DNA of 64,000 bases from Bryobacterales bacterium (GCA_963796485.1 CAWCLV010000009.1:16801-80800); one strand, 5' to 3'. Positions 27,325 through 36,889 are shown, counted from the stretch's first letter. Translations and numbers: made by a program. The notes: generated by a model from the letters alone, not told the origin.

Positions 27325-27604
27325 CTGGTGCGGAAGATTGGCCGGTTTCGTTCTCCTGCTCCTAACCGTTCCGGCGAAGGCCGCCGAGGGCGGAGGCCAG
27401 CCTATCGTTCTGGTGGCGGATAGCCGGCTATTCTCCGGCGCATTGGCATGGTGGGCGAATGTCTACAACGAGAGCCGCTGGGAATTCACGCTGCTGACGA
27501 TCGTCGTTATCCCGCTATTAGGGCTGTTAATGGGCAAGGCGAGCGCCATCGTGCTATCCGGCATGGGCGTCAATCTGAAATCCAGAGTGCTGGCGGAGCG
27601 CTGA
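27317..27604 (+). CDS. Small (~95 aa) signal-peptide plus one-TM protein between the two TauE genes
   Basis: MCSWCGRLAGFVLLLLTVPAKAAEG is followed by a hydrophobic helix (FTLLTIVVIPLLGLLMG). The start overlaps the TauE-1 stop and the gene ends 12 nt before TauE-2. Confidence 0.5.
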   Translation: MCSWCGRLAGFVLLLLTVPAKAAEGGGQPIVLVADSRLFSGALAWWANVYNESRWEFTLLTIVVIPLLGLLMGKASAIVLSGMGVNLKSRVLAER

Positions 27605-27616
27605 AAAGGAGCCGAT

Positions 27617-28684
27617 ATGGATTCTCTTTATCTGCTGATGCCGATCGCGGGCACCTACATCTTCTGGCCGGGCCTGGTTGTGCTCGGACTGGGGGTCGGG
27701 ATGATCAGCGGGTTTTTCGGAATGGGCGGCGGGTGGATGGTCACTCCGGGGCTGAATATTCTCGGCTTCCCGATGGCATTTTCCATCGGCACGGGAGTCA
27801 CCCAGATGGCCGGCCCCTCCCTGGTTTCGTCTCTCCGCCACGCGAAGTTCGGAAATGTCGATTACAAGCTCGGCTTGATCATGGTCGGCGGTACCGTGGC
27901 CGGTTTTGAGCCGGGAGCGCGGCTGGTGATGTGGCTCGAGCGCTATGGCCGGGTTGACCAATACGTGCAATACGGCTACCTCGTGCTCCTCTCGCTCATC
28001 GCCTGGCTGGTCTTCACCGACATCCATCGAAAAAATTCGAAAGAGCGGGAGGCGCGCGCGCTCGGCCGGCCGGCGGAGGAGATTTCGGCGGGCATCGAGT
28101 GGCATAAAGCCCTGCAAAAGATCCGGATTCCTCCCATCGTTTATTTCCCGAAAGCCGGTGTGCGCTGCTCTGTCTGGCTTCCTGTGTCCGTCAGCTTCGT
28201 GACGGGTTTGATGGCGGGCGTCTTTGGAATTGGAGGCGGGCTGATCCGCATGCCTGCGCTGATCTATCTGGTCGGGCTCCCCACCCACGTCGCGGTTGGC
28301 ACCGACCTGTTCGAAGTGACCATTTCCGGCCTGTACGGGGCCGCCTCGTACAGCTACAAGGGCCGCACGGAATTGCTGGCCGCCGTGATCATGCTGGTCG
28401 GCGCGTGCGTCGGGGCGCAGATCGGCGCCGTCACTACCAAGTACGTCAAAGGCTACGGGATCCGGCTCTTTTTCGGAATCGCGGTAATCGGGTGCGCGGT
28501 ATCGATTGTGATGAAGCTGATCGCCGCGGCGTATCCATCCGCCGCCCGTTACCTGAATCCCGCCGCCGCGACACTGATCCTGGGACTGGTGGGAGCACTG
28601 TCACTTTATATTTTTATCCGGTTCCTTCGCGGCGTGTCGGAAGAGCGCGCCGCACGGAAGCATATGGCCCATGCGGCGGATTAA
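27617..28684 (+). CDS. TauE/SafE-family permease, copy 2, with a ~60-aa charged central loop
   Basis: Motifs FFGMGGGWMVTPGL and VFGIGGGLIRMPAL, with a central HRKNSKEREARALGRPAEEISAG insert. Confidence 0.75.
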   Translation: MDSLYLLMPIAGTYIFWPGLVVLGLGVGMISGFFGMGGGWMVTPGLNILGFPMAFSIGTGVTQMAGPSLVSSLRHAKFGNVDYKLGLIMVGGTVAGFEPGARLVMWLERYGRVDQYVQYGYLVLLSLIAWLVFTDIHRKNSKEREARALGRPAEEISAGIEWHKALQKIRIPPIVYFPKAGVRCSVWLPVSVSFVTGLMAGVFGIGGGLIRMPALIYLVGLPTHVAVGTDLFEVTISGLYGAASYSYKGRTELLAAVIMLVGACVGAQIGAVTTKYVKGYGIRLFFGIAVIGCAVSIVMKLIAAAYPSAARYLNPAAATLILGLVGALSLYIFIRFLRGVSEERAARKHMAHAAD

Positions 28685-28698
28685 GGAGCAGATCAGCG

Positions 28699-29292
28699 AT
28701 GCCGGCTGGTGAGAGAATTGGCGTAATCCTGTCGCTGGCGGTTCTCGCCGGCTGCGGGAGTTTCGGACGCGTAAACCAGGGACAGGTGATTGCGTATGAC
28801 CGAAGTTCGGGGCTGATCACCCTGATCGGCGATTCGAACTACCGGGACCCGTCGCATCCCCGCTTCGATGTTCTTCCACCGGTCGAAATCCGGACTCCCG
28901 CCGATCCTGCCGAGATGGGCCCGGAACCGGAGCCCGGCAAGCTGCTGGAACTCGACTGGCGAAACCGCCGTGCCGTGATCTTCGATGCCGCGGAAGCCAG
29001 GATCAGGGCCATTTCCTACGAGGTGGTCTCCGAGCAGAATGGCGTTGCGCCGGACGATCCGCGCGTCAGCAGGGTTGTATACCCGGCCGTAGAACGCGAG
29101 CGTGGAACCATCGCCTCGTACTTCCCGCGATATCGCAAGCTGCTCGTCTTTTCCGTCCCGGCCGAATACCTCGGCCTGCCCTTAGACACCTGGAAGGCCG
29201 GCGACGAGATCCGGTATTACTACAAAGACCCGCAGCGCGCGCTGCGGCTGATGAACGTCAGCAAAACAGACCTGAACAAGGCGGGCAAATGA
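28699..29292 (+). CDS. Lipoprotein of unknown function (possibly DUF4881-like)
   Basis: Start placed at MPAGERIGVILSLAVLAGCGS (LAGC lipobox). About 197 aa with no other motif. The DUF4881 suggestion is from memory only. Confidence 0.55.
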   Translation: MPAGERIGVILSLAVLAGCGSFGRVNQGQVIAYDRSSGLITLIGDSNYRDPSHPRFDVLPPVEIRTPADPAEMGPEPEPGKLLELDWRNRRAVIFDAAEARIRAISYEVVSEQNGVAPDDPRVSRVVYPAVERERGTIASYFPRYRKLLVFSVPAEYLGLPLDTWKAGDEIRYYYKDPQRALRLMNVSKTDLNKAGK

Positions 29293-30053
29293 CGCTGGCG
29301 CTGCTCTTTCCGCTGCTGCTCTACGGCGGCGGAGCGGTGCCCGCGCCGCTCTCCTGCCGGATCACGCCGCCCGGGATCGAAGTCGGTGCGTTCTACAGCG
29401 GAGCCGACGTGAAGATCGAGGGCACGGTGGCGGCGGAATCCAAGGTCATCGTCACCGTCACCGGCTCGGAGCGGCCCGAGGCTTTCAACCGCAAGGGCCG
29501 CTTCGGCCCGATATGGCTCACGGCCGGCCGCGTGCGGATCTCGGGTGTGCCTTCGCTGTACCTCCGGTTTAGCTCGGAACCGATCGCATGCCTTCTCCGG
29601 CCCGAAACGATTGCCCGCTACGGCTTCGACGAAGCGTCGCTGAAGGAACGCATGCGTATCGAACCGGCGGAACACGGCATTGACGCGATCCGTTCCGAAT
29701 ACCTGGCGCTGAAGCGGGAGAGGAAGACCTATGCGCTGGCGGAACGCGGAGTGAATCTGGGGCAAGCAGCGGACTGTACGCCGTTCGCGATTGCGCTTCG
29801 CTGGCCTTCGAAAGCTCCTCCCGGCACCTATCAGGTGCGGGTGTACGAGGTGAAACAGGGCGCGGTAGTCAATGAACTTTCCATGCCGTTCGGGGTGGTG
29901 CGCAGCGGTTTTCCCGCATGGCTGGCCGTGCTCTCCGAAAAGGATGCGCCTGTCTACGGGCTGACAGCCGTTCTGGTCGGTGCGCTCGCGGGGTTTGGAA
30001 TCGACTTCCTGACCACGCGGATTTTCGGCAAAAAACGGACCGTTTCCCACTGA
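29289..30053 (+). CDS. TIGR02186/Alph_Pro_TM-like protein (signal peptide, large exoplasmic domain, C-terminal TM)
   Basis: 254 aa with the segment VTGSERPEAFNRKGRFGPIWLTAG...VPSLYLRF and a C-terminal helix (LTAVLVGALAGFGIDFL). It resembles a family I recall as a neighbour of TauE genes. There is a 4-nt overlap with the lipoprotein gene. Confidence 0.55.
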   Translation: MTLALLFPLLLYGGGAVPAPLSCRITPPGIEVGAFYSGADVKIEGTVAAESKVIVTVTGSERPEAFNRKGRFGPIWLTAGRVRISGVPSLYLRFSSEPIACLLRPETIARYGFDEASLKERMRIEPAEHGIDAIRSEYLALKRERKTYALAERGVNLGQAADCTPFAIALRWPSKAPPGTYQVRVYEVKQGAVVNELSMPFGVVRSGFPAWLAVLSEKDAPVYGLTAVLVGALAGFGIDFLTTRIFGKKRTVSH

Positions 30054-30087
30054 AGGCGCGCAATCCGGTTATAGTCAGGCTTCAACG

Positions 30088-32640
30088 ATGCGGTGGTGGC
30101 GGCACAAAGTCGGCGCGGCTCTTGAAACACCGGTCGAGGCGGTGGGCCGGGTTCGCGCCAAGTACGTCACTTTCCGGGGACTGCTCACTGCCAACAACGA
30201 GTCCCTGGAGCTCATGGCTGGGCTGCAGGAAGATCTGCAGTACGTCCCGCCCAGGCGCGACGTACTCGGAGACCGCATCGCGGTGATCTTCGGCCGCATC
30301 GGGGAAGTCGTCACGGCGCTCGAACAGCTGACCGGAATGCGTCATGCCGCGCTCACCTCCGCGCTGCAGGCACAGCAGCTCGAGATCGAGCGCTACGCCG
30401 CCGCACTCGAAGAGTTGCGCCGGCCCCGTCTTTCCGCCTGGCTTTCCGAAGTCAACGCCGCGTCGGAAGAAGACGTCGGCAGCAAAGCTTCCATGCTGGG
30501 CGAAATCCGGAACAAACTCGGCCTGCCCGTACCGGACGGCTTCGTGCTCACCACCGAAGCCTACCGCCAGGTGTGCGGCATCCCGATCTGGCAGGAGATT
30601 CGCGATGCCACCCGCGATCTGGACCTGAACGATCTCGAAGCCGTCGGGCGCGCGTCCGAGGGGCTCACGGCGAAAGCGCTGGAGTGCCCTCTCCCGCGCG
30701 CCGTCGAGGTCGCCATTACCGGACGTACCGATGCGCTGCTCAAGCATGGAGGAGCCCTCGCGGTGCGCTCCAGCGCCAAGGGCGAGGGAGGAGCGAAGTC
30801 CTACGCCGGTCAGTTTCTGAGTCTCTTGAACGTGCCGCGGGAGAAGTCCCTCGATGCCTACCGCCGCGTGATTGCGGCGCGCTTCGCGGAACGCGCGCTC
30901 TATTACCGTCTCTCGAACGGCCTGCTGGAAGTGGATAACCCGATGGCGGTCCTGTTTCTGCCCGTGATCTCCGCGCGCGCTTCGGGGATTATGTACACTC
31001 GCGATCCGAACGACGCGAAGTGCCCGCATGTCTGGATCACCTCGACGCGCGGGCTGGGTCTCGAAATCGCGAGCGGGCGGATCCCGGCGGACCTGTTCCT
31101 GGTGACCCGCTCCAGGCCGCATACCGTGGCGCAGCGGAATATCGTCCACAAAGAGGCCTCGCTGGTTCTGGAAGAGGGCGAAGGCGTGGCTTCCGTCCCC
31201 GTTCCCCCGGGGGCACAAGACGCGCCGAGCCTTCAGGAGGGCACGCTGCACACCCTGGCGGAATGGGCCGTCCGCCTGGAAGATTATTTTCACGCGCCGC
31301 AGGATGTCGAGTGGGTCCTCGGCGAGGATAGCCGGCTCTGGGTCGTACAATCAAGGCCCCTGGCGAGCGCCGATGCGGCACACGTCAAGCCGAGGTCCCG
31401 GCCGAAAGCCGGCCCACGGCTGGAAGGCGGGCGTACCATCTATCCGGGACAAACGTCAGGACCGGCTTTCCTGGCGGATGACATTCCGAGCATCGCCAAA
31501 GCGCCTTCCGGTTCCGTGGTCTTCATCCGCAAGCCATCGCCCGAAATCGTCGAAATTTTTCCGCGGATCGCCGGGCTCGTGGCCGAATGGGGCAACGTCA
31601 CCGGCCACGCGGCGGCTCTGCTGCGCGAATTCCAGATTCCTTCGGTCTTCCTGATGCCGGGGGTATTCGAGAAGCTGAGCGACGGCGAGCCGGTCAGCCT
31701 GGATGCCGTCGGAAGCCGTATCTACAGCGGTATCCTCTGGCCGGCCAGCCGGCGGGAACAGGCGCTCCCGGAGCGCTACGCCCAGCGCAAGGGAGATCCC
31801 ATCGCCCAGCGGCTGCTTACGCTCACCCTGCTCGACCCTTCGGCACACAACTTCCGTCCCGCGGGCTGCCAGTCGGGGCACGACGTCCTGCGCTACTGCC
31901 ACGAGAAGGCGATCGAAGCCATGTTCGAGATCAACGACTATGCACTCGAACACGGCATGAAGACCGCGCGCAAATTATCGACCGCGCTGCCGCTGAACTT
32001 CCTGGTGATGGATCTCGGTGGAGGGTTCGAGGCCGGCGAGAACGCGAGCCCGGAGATCGCCCCGGCCAAAATCATCTCCAGGCCATTCCAGGCCCTGTGG
32101 AAAGGGATTACGCACCCGGAGGTCACCTGGACGCGGGAAATGCCGGCGGCGATCGGCGACCTCGCTTCGGTGCTCGCGTCGTCGCTGACGCCTCAGAGTG
32201 GGGGCATTCGGCCGCTCGGCGACAGGAGCTACCTGCTGGTTGCGGACGAGTACATGAACCTGAACTCGCGCCTGGCCTACCACTACAGCCTGGTGGATGC
32301 GTGCATCTCGGATAACCCCAACGACAATTACATCTCGTTCCGTTTCGAAGGCGGCGGCGCCACGCGGCAACGGCGCAGCCTGCGTGCGTGCTTTCTCGAA
32401 AAGGTGCTCACCCGGTACGGGTTCAAGGTAGACCGCCGCACAGACCTGGTAAATGCGTGGTTTCGAAAAGCCCCCGCCGAACAGACTGCCGAACGCCTCG
32501 ATATCCTGGGCCGCCTGCTGGCGTGCTCGAGCCAGCTTGACATGTACATGACCAGCCGGGAAGTCATGGGCTGGTACGTAGACCAGTTTCTCAAAGGCAA
32601 CTACTCCTTCCTCAATTCGCAGGCAAGCGCCGGTTTATAA
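30088..32640 (+). CDS. PEP-utilizing-enzyme-like phosphotransferase (PPDK_N ATP-grasp plus phosphohistidine swivel) with non-canonical N- and C-terminal regions
   Basis: VGSKASMLGEIRNKLGLPVPDGFVLTTEAY marks the start of PPDK_N. The swivel motif is GNVTGHAAALLREFQIPSV (His codon 31606-31608). I cannot match the last ~290 aa to the PEP/pyruvate TIM barrel. Confidence 0.7.
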   Translation: MRWWRHKVGAALETPVEAVGRVRAKYVTFRGLLTANNESLELMAGLQEDLQYVPPRRDVLGDRIAVIFGRIGEVVTALEQLTGMRHAALTSALQAQQLEIERYAAALEELRRPRLSAWLSEVNAASEEDVGSKASMLGEIRNKLGLPVPDGFVLTTEAYRQVCGIPIWQEIRDATRDLDLNDLEAVGRASEGLTAKALECPLPRAVEVAITGRTDALLKHGGALAVRSSAKGEGGAKSYAGQFLSLLNVPREKSLDAYRRVIAARFAERALYYRLSNGLLEVDNPMAVLFLPVISARASGIMYTRDPNDAKCPHVWITSTRGLGLEIASGRIPADLFLVTRSRPHTVAQRNIVHKEASLVLEEGEGVASVPVPPGAQDAPSLQEGTLHTLAEWAVRLEDYFHAPQDVEWVLGEDSRLWVVQSRPLASADAAHVKPRSRPKAGPRLEGGRTIYPGQTSGPAFLADDIPSIAKAPSGSVVFIRKPSPEIVEIFPRIAGLVAEWGNVTGHAAALLREFQIPSVFLMPGVFEKLSDGEPVSLDAVGSRIYSGILWPASRREQALPERYAQRKGDPIAQRLLTLTLLDPSAHNFRPAGCQSGHDVLRYCHEKAIEAMFEINDYALEHGMKTARKLSTALPLNFLVMDLGGGFEAGENASPEIAPAKIISRPFQALWKGITHPEVTWTREMPAAIGDLASVLASSLTPQSGGIRPLGDRSYLLVADEYMNLNSRLAYHYSLVDACISDNPNDNYISFRFEGGGATRQRRSLRACFLEKVLTRYGFKVDRRTDLVNAWFRKAPAEQTAERLDILGRLLACSSQLDMYMTSREVMGWYVDQFLKGNYSFLNSQASAGL

Positions 32641-32902
32641 TCGAGTTAGGTGGTGAGGGGATACAACCGGCAATGGAAGGAAATCCGCATCCGTGGCGTA
32701 TTATGACCGTGGTGTTCCTCGGCGTGCTGCTGGTGTCTTTCTGCATCCAAAAGCTGTTCGATCCGGCCGGTCAATTCGCCGCCGCTCTGTTCCGGCACAA
32801 CGCCGCGCCCGTACACTCCCACACTTCCGGTATTGACCTCGCGCCCAAGGCACCCTAGTATAGAACTGGATTTTAAGATCGGAAATTCAGTTGGAGGCCT
32901 TC

Positions 32903-33151
32903 ATGCCAGTTACCGTCGAAATCCTCGCGGACGAGATGTACGCTCTCATTTCCGAATACGCCGGCAAGCGCAATCTCAAGGCCGGCGACCTGACCAAGGA
33001 AATGATCGCCCGGCATGGCGATGCAGCTTGCACCAAGGATGATTGCAAGCTGGCCATACGCGCCCTGATCGAATCGCAGCGATGTGTCTACAGCTATCTT
33101 GGCGGCTCTTACATTCAGCTGCCTCCCAAGGAATCGCCGTCGGGCGACTGA
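32903..33151 (+). CDS. Small winged-helix-like protein, tentatively DsrD-like
   Basis: 82 aa starting at an ATG with GGAGG 6 nt upstream (the track uses TTG at 32891). KLAIRALIESQRCVYSYLGGSYIQL loosely parallels the KKILTALVNDEVLEYWSSGSTTMYGL region of Desulfovibrio DsrD as I recall it. It lies immediately upstream of dsrN, as in dsrABDN loci. Confidence 0.45.
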   Translation: MPVTVEILADEMYALISEYAGKRNLKAGDLTKEMIARHGDAACTKDDCKLAIRALIESQRCVYSYLGGSYIQLPPKESPSGD

Positions 33152-33184
33152 ATCCGTAACGAAAGCACGGCGGCGCTGGCCGAA

Positions 33185-34555
33185 GTGCCCCGCCTGGTCG
33201 TCGCCGGACTTTCGGGGGAGTCGGGCAAGACTCTCGTCTCACTGGCGATGTTGTTGGAACTGCGGCGCCGGGGTCTGCCTGTGCGCGCATTCAAGAAGGG
33301 GCCTGACTACATCGATGCTTCCTGGCTCGAGTGGGCCACGAACAAGCCGGTGCGCAATCTCGACACCTATCTCATGGGATTCGATCGCGTCTCCGGTTCT
33401 TTCGCATGGCACGCCGTACCTGCCGGCCTGAACCTGGTCGAAGGGAACCGCGGGCTGTTCGATGGTCTCGATGCGCGCGGCACCCACAGCACGGCGGAAC
33501 TCGCCAAGTCTCTGCAGGCGCCCGTGGTCCTGGTGGTGAACGCAACCAAGATCACGCGCACGGCCGCGGCCCTGGTGCTCGGATGCCAGAAGCTGGACCC
33601 GGCGTTGTGGATTGCCGGCGTGATCGTAAACCAGGTGGCGGGGGCGCGGCACGCCCGTATCGTGCGGGAAGCCATCGAATCCACCTGCTTGATCCCGGTG
33701 CTGGGAGTCGTGCCACGCGCTCAACCCGGCGCGTTTCCGCCGACCCGCCACCTTGGCCTGGTCACTCCGGACGAATACACCGGCCGGGAGGTGCTCGCGT
33801 GCCATCTGCTCGACCTGGTAGTTCCCCACCTCGACGTGGACAGACTGCTGAAAATAGCCCGGGATGCGCCACCCCTGCCCACGCCGGCGTTGGAATCCGA
33901 TGGCGGCTCGGAGGGACGCGGCCTGACAATCGGCTACCTGCACGACAGCGCATTCTGCTTCTACTATCCGGAAAACTTCGATGCGCTGAGGGCGTCCGGG
34001 GCGCGGCTGGTTCCCGTCTCCGCGCTCTCAGACGTGGAGTTGCCGGCTGAGTTGGATGCGCTTTACATCGGGGGCGGATTCCCGGAAACGCACGCGCACG
34101 CACTGTCGGCCAACTCGCGGTTTCTCGCATCGGTGCGAGCCCGCGCCCTCGCCGGGCTGCCGGTCTATGCCGAGTGCGGGGGCCTGATGTTCCTCTCCCG
34201 CTCCATGCTCTGGCAGGGGACGCGGTACCCCATGGCCGGGGTTCTGCCGTTCGATGTCGAAGTGGAGGCGGCGCCCCAGGGCCACGGCTATATCGAATTG
34301 GAAGTGGACCGTCCGAATCCCTTCTTTGAGGCGGGCACGCGACTCCGCGGCCACGAGTTCCACTATTCGCGCATCGTTCTCGAAGGCGCCCCCCCGGCGA
34401 CGGCTTGCGCCGTGCTTCGCGGCACTGGATGCTTCTCCGGGCGTGACGCCGTGGTGTCGCACAACGTGTGGGCGTCCTATGCGCATCTGCATGCCCTGGC
34501 TACGCCGGAATGGGCGCGCGGATTTCTGCGGGCCGCCCGGGTCAGTGTCGCGTAA
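33185..34555 (+). CDS. dsrN: DsrN (CbiA/CobB-type a,c-diamide synthase; siroheme amidation)
   Basis: 456 aa with N-terminal VVAGLSGESGKT (ATP-binding) and a C-terminal glutamine amidotransferase part (YAECGGLMFL, GHEFHYS). Confidence 0.8.
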   Translation: MPRLVVAGLSGESGKTLVSLAMLLELRRRGLPVRAFKKGPDYIDASWLEWATNKPVRNLDTYLMGFDRVSGSFAWHAVPAGLNLVEGNRGLFDGLDARGTHSTAELAKSLQAPVVLVVNATKITRTAAALVLGCQKLDPALWIAGVIVNQVAGARHARIVREAIESTCLIPVLGVVPRAQPGAFPPTRHLGLVTPDEYTGREVLACHLLDLVVPHLDVDRLLKIARDAPPLPTPALESDGGSEGRGLTIGYLHDSAFCFYYPENFDALRASGARLVPVSALSDVELPAELDALYIGGGFPETHAHALSANSRFLASVRARALAGLPVYAECGGLMFLSRSMLWQGTRYPMAGVLPFDVEVEAAPQGHGYIELEVDRPNPFFEAGTRLRGHEFHYSRIVLEGAPPATACAVLRGTGCFSGRDAVVSHNVWASYAHLHALATPEWARGFLRAARVSVA

Positions 34556-35333
34556 CGCCGTTCTCCCCGGCAGGCACCAATTCCACCGGAATCCGGTCGA
34601 TCAGCGCCAGAATCTCAGTTGCCTTGAACGGTTCTTCGATCTTGGCAAACACCCCAGGGGTACGGATAGAGTGGCTCAGCGAGCCTTTGCGAATCGCCAG
34701 AATGATCCTGCTTCCGGCGGTGCGCGGATCGGACGCCAGGGCATCCAGTAGAGCCATTCCGAGACTCTCCAGAACGGCTTGGTCAATCACGACAAAAGCC
34801 GGCCGGAATACCGTAATGATCGCGGAGGCGTCATAACCGCGTCGCGCGAACCGAAAGTCCACGGAGCCGCTCTCTCGCTTCGCCAGGTCTTGAATCAGAT
34901 TCTCGTCGCGGGTGATCACCAGCACGTTCGTAGGTTCCCCGTGCACCCGCCGGTAGTAGGGGCACTCCTGGCATGCACTCGTGCAAAAGCGCCTTGCGTG
35001 GTTGGCGCCCTTCACGAGGTTGACCATGCGGAAACACCACATCGCCTGAACCTGATGAACGATGCAATCCAGGCACGCCGCACCGGGATCGTGGTTCATG
35101 TATTCCCAGCAGCGCATGGGACGCGAGCAAAGCGCCGCGTGGTCTTCCCACTGCTTCTCGCCGGCCGGATCCTGAGAGAGCACCAGGAGTAGATCCCGCT
35201 CCTCCACCCGGTAATGCCCACCGGCCGTTCGACTCGCCGGCAGGCGCCCCTTCTTGATCCATTTCAGAACCGTGTCCGGCTTGACGGAGCACATTCGGGC
35301 GGCTTTTCCGGTGGTCAGCAACGTAGCTGCCAT
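34542..35333 (-). CDS. Excisionase/MerR-type HTH regulator with a central 8-Cys region and a receiver-like C-terminal domain
   Basis: Start placed at MAATLLTTGKAARMCSVKPDTVLKWIKKGRLPASRTAGGHYRV (HTH_17-like). The Cys-rich block is at 34962-35129. The C-terminal CheY-like pattern reads VLVITRDEN...FVVIDQ. Confidence 0.65.
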   Translation of the reverse strand: MAATLLTTGKAARMCSVKPDTVLKWIKKGRLPASRTAGGHYRVEERDLLLVLSQDPAGEKQWEDHAALCSRPMRCWEYMNHDPGAACLDCIVHQVQAMWCFRMVNLVKGANHARRFCTSACQECPYYRRVHGEPTNVLVITRDENLIQDLAKRESGSVDFRFARRGYDASAIITVFRPAFVVIDQAVLESLGMALLDALASDPRTAGSRIILAIRKGSLSHSIRTPGVFAKIEEPFKATEILALIDRIPVELVPAGENGVTRH

Positions 35334-35527
35334 GACGGGGAACCTCAGATCCGCTGTCCATATTGTCCACAAGAACGAACGCCTGGTCAATAGGTAAGAG
35401 GTCTGATTTTCTCGGTTTCGCGCCACGGCGGCGCTTCCGTCCGGGTTCTCTCCCACAGACGCGCTGAATATCACGCAACCCACTGATAATTGAGTACTTA
35501 AACAACATCAAGAACGCAAAAAACACG

Positions 35528-35556
35528 GTGACTTTTTGCAATTCCCGCTCTATTAT
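35528..35556 (+). promoter_or_regulatory. Candidate sigma70 promoter for sat
   Basis: GTGACT, 17 nt, TATTAT, about 68 nt upstream of the sat ATG. AGGAGG lies 7 nt before the ATG. Pattern match only. Confidence 0.35.
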
Positions 35557-35623
35557 TTAGCTGAATCATATCGGAAAGTCTGAAAATTCGACTCTCGCAA
35601 CTGTTGCTGACAGGAGGCTATCG

Positions 35624-36889
35624 ATGAGTAATCTGATTCTTCCGCATGGGGGTGGAGACCTGCTTCCCCTCCTGCTCGATGACGAGGCCAGGCGGGAAGA
35701 ACTCCGCAAAGCCGAACACCTTAAAAAAGTACCGATGACCAGCCGCGAAACCAGCGATCTGATCATGATGGGAATCGGCGCATTCACCCCGCTCCGCGGG
35801 TTCATGGGCCGCGACGATTGGCACGGCTGTTGTGACTCCTACCGGATGGTGAGCCGGCCCGGGCTCTTCTGGCCCATCCCGATCACCCTCTCGGCGGAAG
35901 AGGACTACACCAAATCGATCGCGATCAATGAGGAAGTGGCCCTCTGGGATACCGAAACCGAAGCGATCATGGGGACCATGCGGGTTACCGAAAAATACAA
36001 GATCGACAAAGACTACGAGTGCAAGCAGATCTTCCGCACCACGGATCCCGCCCACCCCGGTGTGCAAAAAGTGATGGAGCAGGGTTGTGTAAATCTGGCG
36101 GGACCCGCAAAGGTCCTCTCCGAGTCGTACTACCCCGAGATGTTCCCCGGCATCTACCAGCGCCCGGCCGAAGCCCGCAAACAGTTTGCGGAAAGAGGCT
36201 GGTCCACGGTCGCCGCCTTGCAGCTTCGCAATCCGATGCACAACTCGCACGCTTATCTTGCGTGGACCGCAATCGAGGTCTGCGACGGCGTCTATATCCA
36301 TCAACTCGTGGGCAAACTCAAACCGGGCGATATCCCCGCCGAGGTACGGGTGAAAGCCATCGACGCGCTGGTGAACAAGTACTTCCGCCGCGACCGCGTG
36401 ATTCAAGGCGGATATCCGATGGAGATGCGGTACGCCGGCCCTCGCGAGGCCCTGCTGCACGCCCTCTTCCGCCAGAACTACGGCTGCACGCACCTGATCG
36501 TAGGACGCGACCACGCCGGAGTCGGCGACTATTACGGGCCGTTCGACGCGCAGAAGATCTTCAACGAAATTCCGGCCGGCGCCCTGCTTCTACAGCCGCT
36601 CTGCATGGACTGGACGTTCTACTGCTACCAGTGCGGAAGCATGGCCTCCATGAAGACCTGCCCGCACGAGAGCAAGGCCGTCATCGACGAGAACGGGAAC
36701 TACAAGGGCGGCGCGCGCCTGCTGCTTTCCGGAACGCTGTTGCGCAAACTGATGAGCGAGGGCAAGCCGGTTCCGGCGGAGTTCTCGAAACCCGAAGTCA
36801 TCGCGATTCTGAAGGAGTACTACGACAGCCTCGAAGAGAAGGTCGAGGTCAAACTCCACGGCGCCGCGACTGGTGATACGAAACACTAA
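35624..36889 (+). CDS. sat: Sulfate adenylyltransferase (ATP sulfurylase)
   Basis: 421 aa with [13 protein letters not shown] and VGRDHAGVG motifs. Confidence 0.92.
   Translation: MSNLILPHGGGDLLPLLLDDEARREELRKAEHLKKVPMTSRETSDLIMMGIGAFTPLRGFMGRDDWHGCCDSYRMVSRPGLFWPIPITLSAEEDYTKSIAINEEVALWDTETEAIMGTMRVTEKYKIDKDYECKQIFRTTDPAHPGVQKVMEQGCVNLAGPAKVLSESYYPEMFPGIYQRPAEARKQFAERGWSTVAALQLRNPMHNSHAYLAWTAIEVCDGVYIHQLVGKLKPGDIPAEVRVKAIDALVNKYFRRDRVIQGGYPMEMRYAGPREALLHALFRQNYGCTHLIVGRDHAGVGDYYGPFDAQKIFNEIPAGALLLQPLCMDWTFYCYQCGSMASMKTCPHESKAVIDENGNYKGGARLLLSGTLLRKLMSEGKPVPAEFSKPEVIAILKEYYDSLEEKVEVKLHGAATGDTKH

Noticed and set aside
32673-32858. 61-aa ORF with one hydrophobic helix between the PEP-utilizing-like gene and the dsrD-like gene.
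   Set aside because: It is preceded by TATAAT and a purine-rich stretch, but the SD spacing is poor and the C-terminal half looks non-coding (Ala/Pro/His-rich). Evidence is insufficient to call a gene.
35601-35611. Short palindrome GCAACTGTTGC in the sat leader.
   Set aside because: It has only 5-bp arms with a 1-nt centre. That is too short to distinguish from chance, and it cannot form an RNA hairpin.
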